A DNA stretch of 64,000 bases from Methanobacteriota archaeon (GTDB lineage Archaea; Thermoplasmatota; Thermoplasmata; SG8-5; JAGLSY01): assembly GCA_020696385.1 (NCBI GenBank), contig JAEHCQ010000001.1, forward strand, positions 129,003 through 193,002. Reading direction: 5' to 3'. The notes beneath the pieces were generated by a model. It saw only the letters and a program-made list of their open reading frames with translations. It made no database searches and was not told where the DNA came from. Numbering within the stretch: position 1 is the first letter of the stretch; every line of letters starts with the position of its first letter. Shown here piece after piece: positions 10,301 to 19,300 of the stretch. The position numbers were made by a program, and so were the translations under genes.

Positions 10301-13300
10301 TGATCTTGATTCGGGAGCGCTCGGATGGTGGACGTCTGATGGAGGGAATGAAGTCATTTATAATGAAGAGGGCAGCGGTACTGACTCGAGCAATTGGTAC
10401 TCAACACCTGGCGATGATCTATTCATATCTGCAGGAGATGGATTCTGTTATGATGTTAGTAGTACTACAGGGGATGGCATTTCATTATACTCATCCGGGA
10501 ATTTCATCACATTCGACCTCTCCGGGAATGCTGGGGCTGTTTTGGATATGTCACTGGACGCTTACTTATTCTATGGAACGTCATCCAGAGTGAAATATCT
10601 GGGAGTTTACGGGGGCTCAACTCCAGCAACATCATCTTTGATAGATGCCTCCAGCGCATATACAGTCTCCAATTCTGGATCAACTATTAGCTGGGATAAT
10701 ATCAATATACCGTCATCTCCGTATTATATCAAAATTCTGGTAGGATTCCCCTCCAGCCTTAACACTTTTGCTTTTGATAACTACACATTCAAATTAACTC
10801 AGCCAGGCTCTAGCTTTGAGATCGGAGCTCCATCATATGGAGATATCACAAATGCCAATAGCGGCGCAAATTGCTGGGGAACCGATCTTACAAGCAATTA
10901 TGTTCCGGACACCACCTGCAAGGTCACCTCACCAGCCTTCGATCTTTCCACAGGAACTGACAATGAAAAACTCAGTTTCTGGCATACACATGATTTCTAT
11001 AGCAGTGAAGGCGGTGGTATCGTGGAGATATCAACAGATAATTCCACATGGACCAAGGTCGATCCGATAGCAGGCGATACATGGTATTCCACAAGCAATG
11101 CTTTCAGTGGTGCAGATGCATTCACAGGAGATACATATCGAGATTGGTACCAATCCACCTTTGATCTGAGCCCCTTCAGTGGCAATAGTGATGTACGCGC
11201 ACGTTTCACTTTCCAATCCTCATCAGATCCAACATGCAATGAAGGATGGTACATCGATGACATCGTGGTAACTGGCGATATCATTGTTTTAAGCAGTATC
11301 ATTGATTGGGGAGACCAAATGGTATCCAACCTTCAGCCGGGAGAAGGTATCAATGTCTTTGGCAACACCTACACATTCACCAGCGAGGACACATATTACA
11401 TCCAGATGAATACACAGCTGGCAACTGATGAAGATAATACAAACGATCAGGTGGATGGATTCTTTTTGATAGATAATTTATACGATGTGGGAGTAGTTTC
11501 CATAGATTCACCACTTGATGGTGGAGTATACGGCGCATTATCAGTACCGATAGAAGCCACTGTTGAGAACTATGGTAATGTTCCAGTTAGCTTCATAACA
11601 AACTACACATTAGGAAATTACACACTTGATGAGATCTCGATACTAGAAGATGATTTCGAAGCTGGAGCCCCAGGTTGGGTTGCTACCGGAGGGATCATGG
11701 CCTTTGATGAATCGGATATTCAAGTGATATCTTTCCCCACCTTCAGTTCTGTACCAACTAACCATCCTTTCACATTTACATATCCAGCCACCGGCGCTGG
11801 AACCATATATCTCGACGCAAAGGATGGGGATTTTGATTCTACAGCCGAGTACATAGATGTATGGGCGGAGACCACGACCGGAACATATATTGGCCGGGGT
11901 CAGATCGGAGCGCAGAATAATCCCAACTGGATGCCCACAACGCCTCATTCGTGGACCGTGTCAGCAGCACAGATCAATGCATGGGGAGCAAGTGGGACGA
12001 TCAATATCGTATGCTCTTTTTCCTCAGGGGTCAATGACCTTGGAGGAGACAATGAGGTGAGAATAAGACTCACCTATCCCTCAGCGGTCACACCATGGGA
12101 ACTCGGAGTGCCTTTCAACCAGGATATAACTTCAGCTAATAGCGGAACAAATTGCTGGGGTACGGATCTGACAGCGAATTACATATCAGACAGCGAGGTC
12201 ACACTCACATCACCAAGCTTTGACCTAACTCCAAGTATGATGAACGAAGAGCTCAGCTTCTGGCACTCACATGATTTCTATAATACAGAGGCTGGGGGTG
12301 TGGTCGAGATATCCACTGACCCAGCACACACCACCTGGACAAAGATAGATCCGATAGCTGGAGATTCCTATTACAATTCATGCAATGCCTTTTCCGGAGG
12401 TACTGCCTTCACAGGTGATACTTATCGGGACTGGTATCAATCAACATTCGATCTGAGCGCGTACAGGAGCTACAATGATATCCAGATACGATTCAATTTC
12501 AAATCATCGACCTCGGCCACATGCCATGAAGGATGGTTCATTGACGATGTGAACATCACAGGGGTTGCCTTGGTAGGCATGAATGTACTGGACACCAAAG
12601 ACGAAATGGTTGTGAACCTACAGCCAGGAGAACAGTTCAATGTCTTTGGAAATACCTTTAATTTCACAAAAGAGGAATACTATTGGCTCAATGTGGAGAC
12701 CAGACTTGCAAATGATGAGATGAATAGCAATAATTACTCATCATCCTTATTTGAGATCTACAATTACGATGATGTAGAAATTGTCAGTATAGAGCCCTTT
12801 GATCAAAATATCATGTACCCGATCAGTATCTATTCTCCAAATGCCACTATAAGCAATATCGGCAATTACTATGCCTCAGGGTTCAATGTGACCTGCGATA
12901 TAAGAAATGGAATGGGAACCCTGGTCTATTCGGACACGGTGGCCATATCGACCATAATGTTGCCAGGGGAGACACGCACCATCGATTTCCTTGATTGGAA
13001 CGCACTCACGGAGACCGACTACATAATGACCATTCATATTGACTACGCCCTGGATGAGGACAGTTCCAATGATGATCTGGCAGTTGGTTTCATAATAGAA
13101 GATGTTTACGATGTGGGAGCTTATGACATAACAGGAATGGTGAATGGTGACACTTACACTACCGGAAGCTATGGCATCTCGACATTGGTAAGGAACTTCG
13201 GTAATATACCTCAACCGAGCTTCGACACAATATGCCAGATAACTGACTCACTTGGCATAACCGTTTACTCCAATATCCAAACAATTGGACTGATGCCGGA

Positions 13301-16300
13301 TGAAGAAGCGATGATATCTTTCACTCCAACCTGGGATGCTTTTGTAGAAGGAGTGTACACGATAGATTGCTTCACATTGCTAGCAGGTGATGAGTTCAAT
13401 ACAAATAATGGAACCCAGATCACCGTGATAATAAACGATATCTATGATGCCACGGTCTTATCCATCGATTCTCACACAAATGGAGACACTTACCCAACTG
13501 GCGAACAACGCATAACTGCGAATATCGGTATATTGGGTAATGTGCCAAGCCCTTCTTTCGTGGTGGCGTGTACGGTGACCAGTTCCACCAATAATCAAGT
13601 ATACTACGATGAAGAAACTGTTCCAGCAGGACTGTCACCAGGAGCCTTTGTGGATATATTGTTCTCACCTTTCTGGAACGTCAATGTGGAGGACACATAC
13701 CACATCTCGGTGGAAACCAGATTATTGGGCGATGAAGTACCGACCAATGATCAAATGGACATCATGATATTCATCGACGATATCTACGATCTGGGTATTG
13801 TTTCAATGGATCCATTTGTCAATAGTGGTTCATACCCGATAGATACATACCAACTAGAGGCGACTGTACAGAATCTGGGTAATGTTCCAACATCTGGATT
13901 CGAGGAAGTGTATTTCGAGATCCAAGATGACATGGGCATACCTTTGTACAACAATACGGTAATGATAGGAAGCGGACTGCTCCCAGGAGATACTGAGACC
14001 ATTGTCGTTTGCCCTGAATGGAATGCCTCGATCGAAGGCATCTATTACCAGTATGCCACAACGACAATGGCAATAGACCACAACACAGCGAATGACGATA
14101 TGCTCATATGGATGGAGATAGACGATGTGCTGGATCTGGAGGTCACTTCTATTGATACTTTTACCAATGCTGGCACTTATCCAGGAGGAAGTTACACCAT
14201 AAATGCCACACTGTCCAATTTGGGACATCTGGATATCATGAACCAATTGGTGGAATGCAAGGTCGCTTCTTCCAGTGGAACGGTCGTCTACACAAGCCAA
14301 TACACATTACCTTCTCTGGCTGCAGGGAATTCAACCCAGATAACCTTCACACCAGACTGGGCGATCAATATCGAAGACACCTACATCGTGCAGGTCTGGA
14401 CAGCCCTCACTGGCGATGAGAACCCAGGTAATGATCTGAGAAGCATGGTGATATATCTGGACAATCTACACGATGCAGAGGCATTGTCCATAGAGACCTT
14501 CATCGATGGAGGGGTGTATTATGCAGATTCATACTTTGTGAACGGCACTATCTGGAACAATGGTAATGTACCCATATCGGGATTTGATGTTTCTGTCACT
14601 GTGATCGACTCATCCAATACCCAGGTCTATTACTCCACGACCACGATCTCATCCCTTCTATTGCCAGGAGAGAATGCCAATGTCTCGATCCAGCCAGCCT
14701 GGATACCGACTCAGCCAGATACATACAGGATCAAACTGAGGACCACCCTATCGGGCGATGAAGTCCCTTCGAACGATGAGATAGAATACATGATTCAGAT
14801 CGAAGGACATGATGTGGGAGCCATAGATATTCCTGGCTTCACAAACAATGCCACATACAATACTGGAACCTATCAGGTAGATGGGATAATCAAGAACTTC
14901 GGAAGCTTGCAGGAGAATGATGTGGGAGTCACATGCGATGTACGAGACTCCACTAATGCCATAGTGTTCACGACCACTCACATTATACCATCCATCAACC
15001 CAAGTGAGGAAGTGGCATTTACTTTTGCGACGAACTGGACAGTGGCGATCGAGGATACATACACCATAGAGGTCTTCACCACACTGAACTATGACCTTAT
15101 CACCATTAATGATCTAACATCCAGATCGATCATCATAGATGATCTCCATGATATCGCGGTCATATCCAGCGCCCCCTTCGTAGAAGGAGGTACTTATTCG
15201 GCAGGCACATACTCGATAAATGTCACCCTGGACAATCTGGGAGACATAGATGAGGCCAATGTACTGGTAAACTGCACTATCGTAGACTCACTCAGTACCA
15301 TCGTTTACAGCTCGGAGTTCACAATACCATCAATATCCAACATGCAGACCATATCCTTCACACCCGACTGGAATGCCATGATACTGGATGATTACACAAT
15401 GACAATATCGGTTATATTCCCGACAGATGAGAATGCGGCAAATGACATACTCACTGTCAACTTCACTATCGGTATTTATCACGATATTGCCATGATCGGA
15501 ACCCCCACCTTCCTTGATGGAGGGATCTATCCAACTGGTTCATATGCCATGAAAGCGGTCATTGAGAATATTGGAACCGAAACAGAGTCGCCTGTTTTCA
15601 TAGCCTGTGAGATATTTGACTCGAGTAACACTTCAGTATATATGAGCCTGGGAGGAGTGGGGATCGTCAATTCTGGTGATCAGGCAGAGGCCACTATCGG
15701 CCTTATATGGAATGCACTGATAGAAGGAGATTATACCATCAAACTTGATGCGATCCTACCCACGGATCAGAATATGGCCAATAATCAGTTCATCATAAGC
15801 ATATCAATAGATGATAAGCATGATATCGCGGTGACTGATATCCAAACCTTCCTTGATGGAGGAATCTACAGCACTGGCACCTACACTATAAATGCCACCG
15901 TGGAAAATGCAGGAACCTCTCTGGAAAACAATATCATGGTCAACTGTACCATCAGAGATTCGTTGAATGTGATTGTGTATTCGTCAGAATACACAATCAC
16001 ATCAATGGACTGGGGAACCAGCATGGACATAATTTTCCTACCTAACTGGACAGCGAATATTGAGGAAGATTATACGATCAGCGTCACTTCATATCTCGCC
16101 ATCGATGATGACAATACCAATAATCAGACCCTGAACACCTTCACCATCGATGAATTCCACGATATCGTGGTAACTGGCATGGGTCCCTTCACAGAAGGAA
16201 GCTCATACAATCAGGGTGATTACAACATAACAGCCGACATAGTCAATAATGGATCTATAGAGGATACGAATATCCTGATCAACTGCACCGTGACTGACGG

Positions 16301-19300
16301 AATTGGCACCATCGTTTATTGGGATGAAGTAACTGTAGCCTCCTTGCTTTCCGGAGAGAATACCACAGTGACCTTCCTGCCATGGACTGCTGATTCGGAA
16401 GATAATTTCACGATTACCATAACCTCATCCCTGGCCAATGATGATAATACCATCAATGATGTAATGGCATGCCATATCGTCATTGATGATTATCACGATA
16501 TAGCATTGACTGGCTTCGGACCTTTCATTGACGGTGGCGTATACCAGACAGGGACGAATACCATGACCGCCTCGATAACGAACATGGGCACTATCGCGGA
16601 GATCGATATCACTGTAAATTGCATAATTTATGATTCCACGATGTCCATTGTGTATTTCAGAAATTCATTCATACCTCTCATCAATCCCGGCCAGACGATC
16701 ATCGTGACCTTCAGCCCGGATTGGACAGCGAATATTGAGGATGATTATAGGATATATTATGAATGCTGGCATCCACTGGATGATGATCCAACAAATGATA
16801 TTGAAAATATCTACATAACCGTGGATGAGTACCATGATATTGGTCTTACGACCACGCAACCTTTTGCAGATCTCGGAGTTTATCCAGCTGGAACCTACAC
16901 GATCGATGTGTCAATAGAGAATTTGGGAACTATCGACGAGTACGGCATGGAAGTTGTGTGCATGATCATCGATTCTTCCAGTGGTGTTGTTTACAGCCAG
17001 AACCTGACGATCGCCTTCATCGCCATGGGAGATACTATGATAATAACCTTCATTCCAGACTGGATACCATCAGCAGACGATTCCTACACGCTGATAGCCA
17101 CCGTGGGACTGGCCAATGATGAGAACATTATCAATGACCAGCACTCCACCCTGTTCTACATAGACATGACACCACCCACTGCAGATCCAGGACCTGATGA
17201 TTTCACCTTTGAGGATTCCATATATTTCTTCGATGGCACAGGCTCCTATGATCAACATGGTATCATGAATTACACATGGGACTTCGGAGATGGACAGATC
17301 GGATATGGGCCAGCACCAGATCACACATATTCCCTCCAGGGCATCTACTTCATCAATCTGACAGTGGCTGATGCCATGGGATTGACAGACACGAATATGA
17401 TGACCCTCATGGTCAATAATGTGAATCCGACAGCTGATGCTGGAATGGATATATCTATTCCAGAAGGTGATATTGTTAACTTCGACGCTTCAAACTCAAC
17501 TGACACGATATCCGATATACCCACCCTTGTTTACACATGGGACTTCGGGGATGGTAATACATCCAATTTGATGACCCCCGCTCACACATATTATTCTTCA
17601 GGAACCTACATGGTCACCCTGGAGGTCATGGACGATGATGGAGCGATCAGTTATGCTTACATCAATGTGACCGTGATAAATGTGGGACCAATAGCCGTTC
17701 CAGGAGGACCATACATGGATGATGAGGGAACCATCATATCCTTTGACGCTTCGGGATCTTATGAGCCTGGAAGCGACATCATACTCTATGAATGGGACTG
17801 GAACAATGACGGCATCTATGATGAGAGCTCGGTCGGACCATCAGCGAACCACACATGGTATGCCGCTGGTGTTTACGCCATATCACTGAAGGTCACTGAT
17901 GAGGATGGTCATTCACACGAAACAGGCACCAATGTGACGATAAATGATGTAGCTCCTGTTTCCGTACATGGAGGTCCATACAGCGGAAATGAAGGAACTA
18001 TCATAACCTTCAATGGCAGCAGCTCCTACGAACCAGGTGATGATATCACACTCTATGAATGGGACCTGGACAATGATGGAACATTCGAGACCATCGGCAT
18101 GGAAGTCAGTATGTCCTGGTTCACCGCCGGTGTCTACACGGTCGGACTCAGGGTGACAGACGAGGATGGTTCCTCCGATATTTCCACAACGACCGTGGAT
18201 GTCATTGACGTGGCCCCGGTCGCGATAATAATCGGAGGATCTATAGTGGTGGAGGAAGGAGAATCCATAATACTGGATGGCTCAAATTCCTATGAACCGG
18301 GAGATGATATAATTCTGTATGAATGGGATATGGATAATGATGGAACATTCGATCATACCAGCATCTCACCTCTCTTTGTCAATAATTGGGGCGCTCCTGG
18401 AACCTATACTGTCCTTCTCCAGGTAACGGATGAGGACGGATCGGTAGGTAACGAAACGACCATGATCATCATATCGAATGTGATGCCGATCGCCGATCCA
18501 TCTGGACCATACCAGGGATCTGAAGGACAGGCGATCTCATTCAATGCCGGAGCCTCTTATGAGCCTGGTGATGATATAATTCTGTATGAATGGGACTGGA
18601 ACAATGACGGGGTATATGATGAGAGCTCGGCAGTTCCAGGTATCACACACCAATGGGACGTCCCAGGAACCTACACCCTGCGCCTCATGGTCACTGATGA
18701 CGATGGTACAACGGACATGGCAATGACAACTGTGGTTGTTCATAATGTGGCTCCGATCCCAGTTCCTGGCGGACCTTATTCTGATCTTGAAGGAGCGGCG
18801 ATTGTCTTTGATGCCAGTGGTTCCATCGAGCCAGGTGATGACATACTGCTCTATGAGTGGGACTTTGACAATGATGGAATATTTGATTCCATATCCGGAA
18901 GCCCATTATCATCCATGACATGGTATTCGGCAGGGATGTTCAATGTCCTTCTAAGAGTGACAGATGCGGATGGATCCTCGGGTATGGCCACCGTGATGGT
19001 GACCATTTCAGATGTAGCCCCTGTTGCGGTTCTCGGTGGACCTTACACAGGTGATGAAGCATCGTCTGTCATGTTGGATGCTTCGGCATCCTCCGAAATA
19101 GGCAATGATATCATTCTCTATGAATGGGACTGGAACAATGATGGAACATATGACTTCAGTTCCAGCAACCCATGGGCTGCAAACACATGGTACACCTCAG
19201 GTGCTTACACCGTGTGGCTGAAAGTGACAGATGAGGAAGGATCAATTGATCTGTCTTCAGCAGTGGTGAATGTCAATGATATCGCCCCAACAGCCGATGC